A DNA stretch of 64,000 nucleotides. Origin: Auanema rhodensis (Eukaryota > Animalia > Nematoda). Below are positions 23,466-35,900 of the stretch, piece by piece. The notes beneath the pieces were generated by a model. That model was not told the DNA's origin. It ran no database searches and saw only the letters and a list, made by a program, of their open reading frames with translations. The position numbers were made by a program, and so were the translations under genes. Every line of letters begins with the position of its first letter. The first letter of the stretch is position 1. The DNA lies in the NCBI GenBank assembly GCA_964057225.1, contig OZ059897.1, positions 10,726,001-10,790,000 on the forward strand. The letters are read 5' to 3'.

Positions 23466-24458
23466 TTAGATGAATATAAGAGCGCGTACTGGAAGCAACT
23501 AGACTCCAGTAAAAACGTTTGTGACAATGGCGTCTGATGAAGGAGGATCGTTGAAGCTTCAAGCTCCGCCTCCAGCCATGTGTCACGACACCAGATGTTA
23601 GCGCTTATGGTAAACAACCATTGACCGTCTGTCGTGATATTTGAATATTATAATCACTTATGTCAGCTTAGAGACAAATAAGGAATCACAGATGGTGCCT
23701 TAAGCCTGTTTGAAAACTTTTGAATTTTAACAGCTGTTATTGACTACACATATCGAACAGCTGGTACGCGTGGGCCAACTATTTGAATGTGAGTAAGCTT
23801 AAAGTAAACAAAAATGTCTCATCTCGTATATTAAGTTCAATTTTATAAAGTTTATTAAGATTTGTAGAAAGAATTTCAAAATAAATCTTAATTAAGATAA
23901 TTTTTAATTTAATTTCAAAAGATTTAGAAGGTAATTTAAGATTGATATAGGAATTCAAATTCAGTAATCTGTCAATAATATAGGAAAAAGGAAACGTTGG
24001 CAGACGTAGAGTGGACTTGGGTGGGTAGGAATTTAAATATTCTTATTATCTCTGAACTAATAAGAAAAGAGTTAACAGGAGTAGAACCCTGATGAACCCT
24101 TGGATGTGAATCAAAATCAAAAAATCGTAAATAAAATTATCCCAACAGCCTCCAGCTTCCAAACAACTCAGCTAAAAAGTGAGCTCTGTTGCCACACTGG
24201 ACATTCACATCATAAAGTAATGAATCAAAATAGCACGCGCGTGCATAACAAAAAGGTAACGCTCGTCAAAACTATTGTCTGATAGTTTCCCCAAACGTCT
24301 CAGACACCTCCCAGTTTTCGTTGAGCGGAGGAGAAGTGGTAGCCAAAATAATTTTTGGGGAAATCATGGTGCACGGCTCGGTTACTCCTCACTGTTGGGT
24401 AATTAAGTCCAAAAGTCTCGTAAACTTGCTGTCAATAAATTAACAGTAAAGTAAGCAA

Positions 24459-24471
24459 GGTGGAACCTCCA
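24459..24471 (-). promoter_or_regulatory. Primer binding site of element 1 (tRNA-Gln)
   Basis: TGGAGGTTCCACC directly follows the 5' LTR and is complementary to the metazoan tRNA-Gln 3' end GGUGGAACCU-CCA. Confidence 0.88.
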
Positions 24472-24854
24472 CGTTACATATTGTTTCTTCCCGTCTTTTC
24501 ATGGTCGGAAGATATATGTACTTCTACCTTGTTCCTTAGGTAGGCAGACCCGAACGCCCCGATTTCCTTATTAAGACAAATACTCAAAGAGAAAAGGATT
24601 CATTATCAGATAACAAGAAAATACAATATAAGAATTACATTAAGAAAGAATATAAAGAGATATAATAAAGTATTAAATAGAGTATATATATATAGATGAT
24701 ATAGAGATGAGACTCACATGGCTATAAGACAACCTATCTGGGTTAGGCCAGAAGCAAGAGTGCCATGTGTGTCCCATGTTGTAGGCGGGGCTTGTTCAGG
24801 CTCCCGCTATTTGAATAGCGCGCACATGTTTACCATGTGCTTGCAGATGTGACA
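24472..24854 (-). repeat. 5' LTR of element 1
   Basis: 383-bp direct repeat of 14679-15061, adjacent to the PBS. Confidence 0.96.
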
Positions 24855-26021
24855 CTTTCAATTTTTGGTCATTGATTAGAATTTTCATGTTGTCACACAG
24901 AAATTGAAGAATCTTAGTTCATTTCAGTAACAATGAACACACTAACTTTGTTAAGTTGTTGTAATATCGGCCCAAGTAGTATAGTGGTTAGTACTCCACG
25001 TTGTGGCCGTGGCGACACAGGTTCGATTCCTGTCTTGGGCATTTTTTGTTTTGAAATTTAAATGCTATAAAATTATTGCTTGCTTGTCATGTTAGGTTTG
25101 TTTAATTCAAATACTTATTTAAGTTCTAACAATTTTTGATTTAATCACGTTCAATTAACTGTATTGTTTTCAAAAATAAAGACATCTTTCAATTTCTGGT
25201 CATTGAATTAGAATTTTCATGTTGTCACACAGGAAATGAAGAATCTTAGTTCATTTCAGTAACAATGAACACAATAATTTTGTTTAGTTTGTAATACCGG
25301 CCCAAGTAGTATAGTGGTTAGTACTCCACGTTGTGGCCGTGGCGACACAGGTTCGATTCCTGTCTTGGGCATTTTTTGTTTTGAAATTTAAATGCTATAA
25401 AATTATTGCTTGCTTGTCATGTTAGATTTGTTTAATTCAAATACTTATTTAAGTTCTAACAATTTTTGATTTAATGACGTTCAATTAACTGTATTGTTTT
25501 CAAAAATAAAGACATCTTTCAATTTCTGGTCATTGAATTAGAATTTTCATGTTGTCACACAGGAAATGAAGAATCTTAGTTCATTTCAGTAACAATGAAC
25601 ACAATAATTTTGTTTAGTTTGTAATACCGGCCCAAGTAGTATAGTGGTTAGTACTCCACGTTGTGGCCGTGGCGACACAGGTTCGATTCCTGTCTTGGGC
25701 ATTTTTTGTTTTGAAATTTAAATGCTATAAAATTATTGCTTGCTTGTCATGTTAGATTTGTTTAATTTAAATACTCATTTAAGTTCCAACAATTTTCGAT
25801 TAAATCACGTTCATTTAACTGTATTGTTTTCAAAAATAAAGACAAAATTCAATTTCTGTTCATTGAATTAGAATTTTCATGTTGTCACACAGAAATTGAA
25901 GAATCTTAGTTCATTTCAGTAACAATGAACACACTATCTTTGTTAAGTTGTTGTAATATCGGCCCAAGTAGTATAGTGGTTAGTACTCCACGTTGTGGCC
26001 GTGGCGACACAGGTTCGATTC
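24855..26021 (+). repeat. tRNA-His array segment 2 (three intact canonical copies plus the 5' part of a fourth)
   Basis: tRNA starts at 24970, 25300, 25630 and 25962. Confidence 0.96.
25962..26021 (+). pseudogene. 5' 60 nt of the tRNA-His gene disrupted by element 2 (3' remainder at 29908-29923)
   Basis: The sequence breaks after GGTTCGATTC and resumes as ATTCCTGTCTTGGGCA after the element. Confidence 0.93.
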
Positions 26022-26358
26022 CGTTCCATTCGGAAATCAATACGTAGCAGGCGGGTTAGAATCAGACGACATGAGGCTGAGAGAGGACGACACGCCCTTC
26101 ATATGGAACACAGACTTCAGCTTTGCCTTATGGAATGACTATGGATGGTTGGTCTTCCTTTCTTAGCTCTCTTTCACTTTATATCTTTATGTAGACTTAT
26201 ATAACTTATTGTAATCATGTAGACATAATAAACCTTTCTTTCTCGAGTCTTATGTTTATCCATTATGCTCTTTATCTACCGCTACATCTGGAATACTATC
26301 ACACTCATCTTGTAGGCTTTATTGGTCTATAGGATCGACGTGAGAGCATAACGGAACG
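26022..26358 (+). repeat. 5' LTR of element 2
   Basis: Terminal inverted repeat CGTTCC...GGAACG; AATAAA at 26227-26232; matches 29571-29907. Confidence 0.95.
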
Positions 26359-26371
26359 TGGAGGTTCCACC
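26359..26371 (+). promoter_or_regulatory. Primer binding site of element 2 (tRNA-Gln)
   Basis: TGGAGGTTCCACC, identical to the element 1 PBS. Confidence 0.88.
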
Positions 26372-27708
26372 TCGAACATTTTTATCTTGATTTCTTGACT
26401 ATTTTCTCTTATATTTCGTTATTTTTTAATACAATTCATTGAATCTGAATTCTCTTATATCTCTAAACCATCTACTCCATGTCTTAACACAATACGGTGG
26501 GGCCAACAACGTTTAAAAGGGAACAGATGCAAGGACCACTCCTTTTGGAGATGGATATTTTATATTTTTTGAAACTGAAGTTATATTTTCCCGTTTGTTC
26601 ACAATTTTCTGTCTGTCTGAACCCAACAATTTTTATAACCTTGCTGTTAACATCGAATACTCTGTTACCCGAACTCGAAGCATTTTTGAGGACCCTAGGA
26701 TGAATTAGTGAACAAATTCACCCAAGGATAATTTTTATTGAGATTTATGCCCACACTTTCTCCTTTTAAGGATTGATTTTGGCTTCGAGGAAAGAATAGC
26801 CACGGTTATTTCTTTATTTTTTGTGGATGAAACAATTTTGCGCACCAAATTGAGATTATTTCATATTTTGCGATCAGGACTATTTTATTTTGCGTTACAT
26901 TTCTGTTCAGACAACTTTTTGCCATTAACATCCAAAAATATTTTGATAACGCATTGAATTTACACGGGAAACCTCACCTAAATGGGAGGAATATTATGAA
27001 AAGTGAATTTTAAGATCGCTATAGTCCGAAAAATCCTGTACAATTTTACGAACTGAATTATTATTAGTGATTGTCTATCAGGCCGTGTTGGCTTAAGCAT
27101 ATCAGTTTGGATTTTCTCCCCTTACTATATGTCACCTTCCTCATACCGTTATTGTTGTTTTGAAGCATAAGACTCATTCCTAAACACCATAATTCTTTAA
27201 ATATAGTTATTGTAATCTTTAGTCATCTATTCCTAGCCATAATTTTAAAACTAGATTTCTGATCATGATGGGACTACGGTACTCATTCGTTTTCCAAATT
27301 GCTTCCTTAAAGAGTAATGCTATTACGAATGTACATTATGAAAACCGCTAAAATCCTTTGAACATTTACCAAAGTCCATTTTCGTGGCATTTTCGATCTC
27401 TCGTGAGTCCAAGAAGATCAGAATCGTCAGAAAAAAGAAAAAAAAGTGGGAATAAGGACTAATGAGATTGCTCAGGCATCAATCAAGTGAGCACTGAACA
27501 TTTTTGAACATATACAAACTGGTTGAATTATATACATTTAAGAATATTAAATTGGAAAGCGAACAAAGTCCAAATTTTCATACGGTAGTAGGCGGATCTC
27601 TGTTGATGGCCACAACTTAGATTCATTCCTTAACGCCGACTATACAAATCAGTTACTCACAGCTTTCTCACCCCTTTTCCAAAACTCCTTATCCATAACA
27701 CTCATTAA

Positions 27709-28305
27709 CGTCTCAAAATCCCCCACGTTACTAAACACTCAAGGTTTTTCCAAACCAAGAGCGCTACCAAAGTGGATAAGCGATTCCGATCAGCTGTACC
27801 TCTCAGTACACGAACTGATTTTGATCTGCGAGACTCAGCTCCACTCACCAGAAGCCGAGCTCGCGTGCAGAGCATCGCTATAATCGAAGACGAGCAGAAA
27901 GCCGAGCACAAAACCGACAAATTCTTTACTCCTCGTGCAGACACTTATTCACCTACTAAACGATTAAGCGACGAGGATTACGTACCACCAGGAGGAGAAG
28001 AAACATCCGTCATAGTGGAAGAACAAACACCAGTTACTGCTAAAAAGGTACGCTCCTCTAATTCAAATAAAAATAAGAAAAATAAAAATAAAAACTCAAG
28101 CAAATCGGACGCATCTCTCTCTCTGTCCATCCCAGAACCAACAGTTTCACCTTCAGTAGCCACTACTAGTGCAGGCGGTTTACAAACTTTTAAAAACATA
28201 GTTTCTGATCTCTTCAATCGTTCACCAAAAGATCGAAACTTGAACACCAGTCACACGAATAGATACTCGTCGGTTCCAAACATTAATTTATCTCTCCATA
28301 CATAG
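27709..28305 (+). CDS. Ser/Thr/Pro/Lys-rich frame, probable Gag N-terminal region truncated by deletion; contains no ATG
   Basis: Open from 27709 (the track's start at 27772 is GTG); PLTRSRAR motif; ends PNINLSL, resembling VNIELNL at the start of the element 1 polyprotein. Confidence 0.55.
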   Translation, partial: RLKIPHVTKHSRFFQTKSATKVDKRFRSAVPLSTRTDFDLRDSAPLTRSRARVQSIAIIEDEQKAEHKTDKFFTPRADTYSPTKRLSDEDYVPPGGEETSVIVEEQTPVTAKKVRSSNSNKNKKNKNKNSSKSDASLSLSIPEPTVSPSVATTSAGGLQTFKNIVSDLFNRSPKDRNLNTSHTNRYSSVPNINLSLHT

Positions 28306-28868
28306 CATTATTCGGAAAAGAAAGTCGTATGAGATTAGACAAAGAATTATTCCCCGAGACATTACAACCAGAGATCTTGGAAGAAATTGAGAATACCGAA
28401 TATATCAGAGGAGAAAGAAGAACCATCATTCAAGAAAATCTTGCAAAACATCAAGAAACCGCGAAGAGAAAACATGATGGACGACAACGAATAGAAGAAA
28501 GAGATATCCGAAAAGGAGACCAAGTTATGTTGGCAATTAAAGCGCATAAACCAGGTCAAAAGCTTCGCAAATCATATGATGGACCATTTGAAGTCATCAA
28601 CGTTCAAGGAAACATGGTACAACTCAAGAATCCATTTGGAAAAATTCAAGACGTACACAAAGACAATCTCAAACTTTTTGAACGCAAAATGGACCATACA
28701 ATCGCTCAAAACACGCGATCAAATACAACGACTTATGACACGGACGACGACAGCGATATTGAGATCATAAAAGTCATAAATGGTAACGATAACTATGACT
28801 CTACTGAAGAAACAGAACCAGAAGACCCATCGGACCAAAATTGGCTACCACCAAGAAGAAGACGATGA
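28293..28868 (+). pseudogene. Integrase C-terminal remnant (GPY/F module plus acidic tail)
   Basis: SPYIALFGKESRMRLD matches element 1 SPYVVLFGRDARLPID, and YDGPFEV...VHKDNLK matches FEGPYLV...VHKDFVK. The catalytic core is absent. Confidence 0.88.
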
Positions 28869-29535
28869 AAGAAATAATTTCGAGATTGATAAAATTATTG
28901 TAAAACTTTGTATCAACTCTCTTTTAAAAAAAAAACCAGAGCTATTCATATTATTATATCATTGGAAAACTTGAGTAAGACGAGATGTAAGCTAATAATC
29001 AAAAAGCATTTCAGTTTCAAAGCATATATGATTATAAAACTTCATCAATTTCAAATAATTTCCCGTAAATAAAGAAGAAATGAAAGATAAGAGACATTAT
29101 ATTGCATATTCATCTGAGCAACAGTCCTTATCAAGTAGTTAATGATTCAATTCCGGAGATTATATGGGATTTAGTTTAATTTTTTTCTATTATTACAATT
29201 CGCTTTGAATACGCTGAAGAAACATGCTAGCTCCATCGATAATATAGCATGACTCTCGTTTCTCTATACTCAAACAAGTTAGACATGCAGCGTCGTGCCT
29301 AAAAAGCTATTTTGCGCACTCTCGCTGACAAAATATAGCCCTGGTATTCTAAAAGATTGTTTTATTACTTAATATTCATGCATTTTCAAATAATTTTTAT
29401 TAAATTCTTTTCAGATAATATTGTTTAACATTATATTGTAATTTATCTTTAATATTTTTATGTTAACATTGTAATTTTTATTTTTTTAAAACTAAACCTT
29501 CTGCTACGATTGAAACAAGCCACATATTTTGCTAT

Positions 29536-29549
29536 TCGCGAGGACGCGA
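29536..29549 (+). other. Hairpin TCGCG-AGGA-CGCGA upstream of the 3' LTR
   Basis: Perfect 5-bp stem with the same AGGA loop and a similar position to element 1. Confidence 0.65.
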
Positions 29550-29570
29550 CATAAACTCGAAAAAATGGCA

Positions 29571-29907
29571 CGTTCCATTCGGAAATCAATACGTAGCAGG
29601 CGGGTTAGAATCAGACGACATGAGGCTGAGAGAGGACGACACGCCCTTCATATGGAACACAGACTTCAGCTTTGCCTTATGGAATGACTATGGATGGTTG
29701 GTCTTCCTTTCTTAGCTCTCTTTCACTTTATATCTTTATGTAGACTTATATAACTTATTGTAATCATGTAGACATAATAAACCTTTCTTTCTCGAGTCTT
29801 ATGTTTATCCATTATGCTCTTTATCTACCGCTACATCTGGAATACTATCACACTCATCTTGTAGGCTTTATTGGTCTATAGGATCGACGTGAGAGCATAA
29901 CGGAACG
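29571..29907 (+). repeat. 3' LTR of element 2
   Basis: 337-bp direct repeat of 26022-26358; AATAAA at 29776-29781; preceded by a weak purine-rich tract GAAAAAATGGCA. Confidence 0.95.
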
Positions 29908-32900
29908 ATTCCTGTCTTGGGCATTTTTTGTTTTGAAATTTAAATGCTATAAAATTATTGCTTGCTTGTCATGTTAGATTTGTTTAATTCAAATACTTAT
30001 TTAAGTTCTAACAATTTTTGATTTAATGACGTTCAATTAACTGTATTGTTTTCAAAAATAAAGACATCTTTCAATTTCTGGTCATTGAATTAGAATTTTC
30101 ATGTTGTCACACAGGAAATGAAGAATCTTAGTTCATTTCAGTAACAATGAACACAATAATTTTGTTTAGTTTGTAATACCGGCCCAAGTAGTATAGTGGT
30201 TAGTACTCCACGTTGTGGCCGTGGCGACACAGGTTCGATTCCTGTCTTGGGCATTTTTTGTTTTGAAATTTAAATGCTATAAAATTATTGCTTGCTTGTC
30301 ATGTTAGATTTGTTTAATTTAAATACTCATTTAAGTTCCAACAATTTTCGATTAAATCACGTTCATTTAACTGTATTGTTTTCAAAAATAAAGACAAAAT
30401 TCAATTTCTGTTCATTGAATTAGAATTTTCATGTTGTCACACAGAAATTGAAGAATCTTAGTTCATTTCAGTAACAATGAACACACTATCTTTGTTAAGT
30501 TGTTGTAATATCGGCCCAAGTAGTATAGTGGTTAGTACTCCACGTTGTGGCCGTGGCGACACAGGTTCGATTCCTGTCTTGGGCATTTTTTGTTTTGAAA
30601 TTTAAATGCTATGAAATTATTGCTTGCTTGTCATGTTAGATTTGTTTAATTTGAATACTCGTTTAAGTTCCAACAATTTTTGATTAAATCACGTTCAATT
30701 AACTGTATTGTTTTCAAAAATAAAGACATCTTTCAATTTCTGGTCATTGAATTAGAATTTTCATGTTGTCACACAGAAATTGAAGAATCTTAGTTCATTT
30801 CAGTAACAATGAACACACTAACTTTGTTAAGTTGTTGTAATATCGGCCCAAGTAGTATAGTGATTAGTACTCCACGTTGTGGCCGTGGCGACACAGGTTC
30901 GATTCCTGTCTTGGGCATTTTTTGTTTTGAAATTTAAATGCTATAAAATTATTGCTCGCTTGTCATGTTAGATTTGTTTAATTCAAATACTTATTTAAGT
31001 TCTAACAATTTTTGATTTAATCACGTTCAATTAACTGTATTGTTTTCAAAAATAAAGACAAAATTCAATTTCTGTTCATTGAATTAGAATTTTCATGTTG
31101 TCACCCAGAAATTGAAGATTCTTAGTTCAATTCAGTAACAATGAACACACTAACTTTGTTAAGTTGTTGTAATATTGGCCCAAGTAGTATAGTGATTAGT
31201 ACTCCACGTTGTGGCCGTGGCGACACAGGTTCGATTCCTGTCTTGGGCATTTTTTGTTTTGAAATTTAAATGCTACAAAATTATTGCTTGCTTGTCATGT
31301 TAGATTTGTTTAATTCAAATACTTATTTAAGTTCTAACAATTATCGTTTTAATCACGTTCAATCAACTGTATTGTTTTCAAAAATAAAGACATCTTTCAA
31401 TTTCTGGTCATTGAATTAGAATTTTCATGTTGTCACACAGAAAATGGAAAAATCTTAGTTCAATTCAGTAACAACGAATACACTAACTTTGTTAAGTTGT
31501 TGTAATATCGGCCCGAGTAATATAGTGGTTAGTACTCCACGTTGTGGCCGTGGCGACACAGATTCGATTCCTGTTTTGGGCATTTTTTGTTTTGAAATTT
31601 AAATGCTATAAACATATTGCTTGCTTGTCATGTTAGATTTGTTTATTTCAAATACTTATTTAAGTTCTATCAATTTTCGATTTAATCACGTTCAATCAAC
31701 TGTATTGTTTTCAAAAATAAAGACATCTTTCAATTTCTGGTCATTGAATTAGAATTTTCATGTTGTCACACAGAAATTGAAGAATCTTAGTTCATTTCAG
31801 TAACAATGAACACACTAACTTTGTTAAGTTGTTGTAATATCGGCCCAAGTAGTATAGTGGTTAGTACTCCACGTTGTGGCCGTGGCGACACAGGTTCGAT
31901 TCCTGTCTTGGGCATTTTTTGTTTTGAAATTTAAATGCTATAAACATATTGCTTGCTTGTCATGTTAGATTTCTTCAATTTGAATACTTATTCAAGTTAT
32001 AACAATTTTTGATTTAATCACGTTCAATTAACTGTATTGTTTTCAAAAATAAAGACATCTTTCAATTTCTGGTCATTGAATTAGAATTTTCATGTTGTCA
32101 CACAGAAATTGAAGAATCTTAGTTCATTTCAGTAACAATGAACACACTAACTTTGTTAAGTTGTTGTAATATCGGCCCAAGTAGTATGGTGGTTAGTACT
32201 CCACGTTGTGGCCGTGGCGACACAGATTCGATTCCTGTCTTGGGCATTTTTTGTTTTGAAATTAAAGTGCTATAAACATATTGCTTGCTTGTCATGTTAG
32301 ATTTGTTTAATCCAAATACTTATTTAAGTTCTATCAATTTTCGATTTAATCACGTTCAATCAACTGTATTGTTTTCAAAAATAAAGACATCTTTCAATTT
32401 CTGGTCATTGAATTAGAATTTTCATGTTGTCACACAGAAATTGAAGAATCTTAGTTCATTTCAGTAACAATGAACACACTAACTTTGTTAAGTTGTTGTA
32501 ATATCGGCCCAAGTAGTATAGTGGTTAGTACTCCACGTTGTGGCCGTGGCGACACAGATTCGATTCCTGTCTTGGGCATTTTTTGTTTTGAAATTTAAAT
32601 GCTATAAACATATTGCTTGCTTGTCATGTTAGATTTCTTCAATTTGAATACTTATTCAAGTTATAACAATTTTTGATTTAATCACGTTCAATTAACTGTA
32701 TTGTTTTCAAAAATAAAGACATCTTTCAATTTCTGGTCATTGAATTAGAATTTTCATGTTGTCACACAGAAATTGAAGAATCTTAGTTCATTTCAGTAAC
32801 AATGAACACACTAACTTTGTTAAGTTGTTGTAATATCGGCCCAAGTAGTATGGTGGTTAGTACTCCACGTTGTGGCCGTGGCGACACAGATTCGATTCCT

Positions 32901-35900
32901 GTCTTGGGCATTTTTTGTTTTGAAATTAAAGTGCTATAAACATATTGCTTGCTTGTCATGTTAGACTGTTTTAATTCAAATACTTATTTAAGTTCTATCA
33001 ATTTTTGATTTAATCACGTTCAATTAACTGTATTGTTTTCAAAAATAAAGACAAAATTCAATTTCTGTTCATTGAATTAGAATTTTCATGTTGTCACACA
33101 GAAATTGAAGAATCTTAGTTCAATTCAGTAACAATGAACACACTAACTTTGTTAAGTTGTTGTAATATTGGCCCAAGTAGTATAGTGATTAGTACTCCAC
33201 GTTGTGGCCGTGGCGACACAGGTTCGATTCCTGTCTTGGGCATTTTTTGTTTTGAAATTTAAATGCTATAAAATTATTGCTCGCTTGTCATGTTAGATTT
33301 GTTTAATTCAAATACTTATTTAAGTTCTAACAATTTTTGATTTAATCACGTTCAATTAACTGTATTGTTTTCAAAAATAAAGACAAAATTCAATTTCTGT
33401 TCATTGAATTAGAATTTTCATGTTGTCACCCAGAAATTGAAGATTCTTAGTTCAATTCAGTAACAATGAACACACTAACTTTGTTAAGTTGTTGTAATAT
33501 TGGCCCAAGTAGTATAGTGATTAGTACTCCACGTTGTGGCCGTGGCGACACAGGTTCGATTCCTGTCTTGGGCATTTTTTGTTTTGAAATTTAAATGCTA
33601 CAAAATTATTGCTTGCTTGTCATGTTAGATTTGTTTAATTCAAATACTTATTTAAGTTCTAACAATTATCGTTTTAATCACGTTCAATCAACTGTATTGT
33701 TTTCAAAAATAAAGACATCTTTCAATTTCTGGTCATTGAATTAGAATTTTCATGTTGTCACACAGAAAATGGAAAAATCTTAGTTCAATTCAGTAACAAC
33801 GAACACACTAACTTTGTTAAGTTGTTGTAATATCGGCCCGAGTAATATAGTGGTTAGTACTCCACGTTGTGGCCGTGGCGACACAGATTCGATTCCTGTT
33901 TTGGGCATTTTTTGTTTTGAAATTTAAATGCTATAAACATATTGCTTGCTTGTCATGTTAGATTTGTTTATTTCAAATACTTATTTAAGTTCTATCAATT
34001 TTCGATTTAATCACGTTCAATCAACTGTATTGTTTTCAAAAATAAAGACATCTTTCAATTTCTGGTCATTGAATTAGAATTTTCATGTTGTCACATAGAA
34101 ATTGAAGAATCTTAGTTCATTTCAGTAACAATGAACACACTAACTTTGTTAAGTTGTTGTAATATCGGCCCAAGTAGTATAGTGGTTAGTACTCCACGTT
34201 GTGGCCGTGGCGACACAGGTTCGATTCCTGTCTTGGGCATTTTTTGTTTTGAAATTAAAGTGCTATAAACATATTGCTTGCTTGTCATGTTAGATTTGTT
34301 TAATTCAAATACTTATTTAAGTTCTATCAATTTTTGATTTAATCACGTTCAATTAACTGTATTGTTTTCAAAAATAAAGACAAAATTCAATTTCTGTTCA
34401 TTGAATTAGAATTTTCATGTTGTCACCCAGAAATTGAAGATTCTTAGTTCAATTCAGTAACAATGAACACACTAACTTTGTTAAGTTGTTGTAATATTGG
34501 CCCAAGTAGTATAGTGATTAGTACTCCACGTTGTGGCCGTGGCGACACAGGTTCGATTCCTGTCTTGGGCATTTTTTGTTTTGAAATTTAAATGCTACAA
34601 AATTATTGCTTGCTTGTCATGTTAGATTTGTTTAATTCAAATACTTATTTAAGTTCTAACAATTATCGTTTTAATCACGTTCAATCAACTGTATTGTTTT
34701 CAAAAATAAAGACATCTTTCAATTTCTGGTCATTGAATTAGAATTTTCATGTTGTCACACAGAAAATGGAAAAATCTTAGTTCAATTCAGTAACAACGAA
34801 CACACTAACTTTGTTAAGTTGTTGTAATATCGGCCCGAGTAATATAGTGGTTAGTACTCCACGTTGTGGCCGTGGCGACACAGATTCGATTCCTGTTTTG
34901 GGCATTTTTTGTTTTGAAATTTAAATGCTATAAACATATTGCTTGCTTGTCATGTTAGATTTGTTTATTTCAAATACTTATTTAAGTTCTATCAATTTTC
35001 GATTTAATCACGTTCAATCAACTGTATTGTTTTCAAAAATAAAGACATTTTTCAATTTCTGGTCATTGAATTAGAATTTTCATGTTGTCACACAGAAATT
35101 GAAGAATCTTAGTTCATTTCAGTAACAATGAACACACTAACTTTGTTAAGTTGTTGTAATATCGGCCCAAGTAGTATAGTGGTTAGTACTCCACGTTGTG
35201 GCCGTGGCGACACAGGTTCGATTCCTGTCTTGGGCATTTTTTGTTTTGAAATTTAAATGCTATAAACATATTGCTTGCTTGTCATGTTAGATTTCTTCAA
35301 TTTGAATACTTATTCAAGTTATAACAATTTTTGATTTAATCACGTTCAATTAACTGTATTGTTTTCAAAAATAAAGACATCTTTCAATTTCTGGTCATTG
35401 AATTAGAATTTTCATGTTGTCACACAGAAATTGAAGAATCTTAGTTCATTTCAGTAACAATGAACACACTAACTTTGTTAAGTTGTTGTAATATCGGCCC
35501 AAGTAGTATGGTGGTTAGTACTCCACGTTGTGGCCGTGGCTGCACAGATTCGATTCCTGTCTTGGGCATTTTTTGTTTTGAAATTAAAGTGCTATAAACA
35601 TATTGCTTGCTTGTCATGTTAGATTTGTTTAATCCAAATACTTATTTAAGTTCTATCAATTTTCGATTTAATCACGTTCAATCAACTGTATTGTTTTCAA
35701 AAATAAAGACATCTTTCAATTTCTGGTCATTGAATTAGAATTTTCATGTTGTCACACAGAAATTGAAGAATCTTAGTTCATTTCGGTAACAATGAACACA
35801 CTAACTTTGTTAAGTTGTTGTAATATCGGCCCAAGTAGTATAGTGGTTAGTACTCCACGTTGTGGCCGTGGCGACACAGGTTCGATTCCTGTCTTGGGCA

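Larger units (their letters stand above)
14679..24854 (-). mobile_element. Element 1: full-length Ty3/Gypsy (Metaviridae)-type LTR retroelement carrying an envelope glycoprotein
   Basis: Two 383-bp direct LTRs, target duplication CTTT (14675-14678 and 24855-24858), PBS, PPT, and a PR-RT-RH-IN order in one intact ORF. Confidence 0.97.
26022..29907 (+). mobile_element. Element 2: non-autonomous, internally deleted Ty3/Gypsy-type LTR element
   Basis: 337-bp direct LTRs, ATTC duplication (26018-26021 and 29908-29911), the same PBS as element 1 and an integrase C-terminal remnant. No protease, RT or RNase H is present. Confidence 0.94.

Noticed and set aside
24459-24471. Idea that the elements prime on the array's tRNA-His
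   Set aside because: A His PBS would read TGGTGCCCAAG. The observed sequence matches tRNA-Gln.
28310-28318. ATTCGGAAA match to the element 2 LTR start, as an analogue of the 29-nt duplication
   Set aside because: It is only 9 nt and is explained by integrase LFGK codons.
26497-28974. Minor ORFs in element 2 (26497, 27705, 27978, 28362, 28576, 28780)
   Set aside because: They are short leader, antisense or off-frame ORFs with no supporting motifs.
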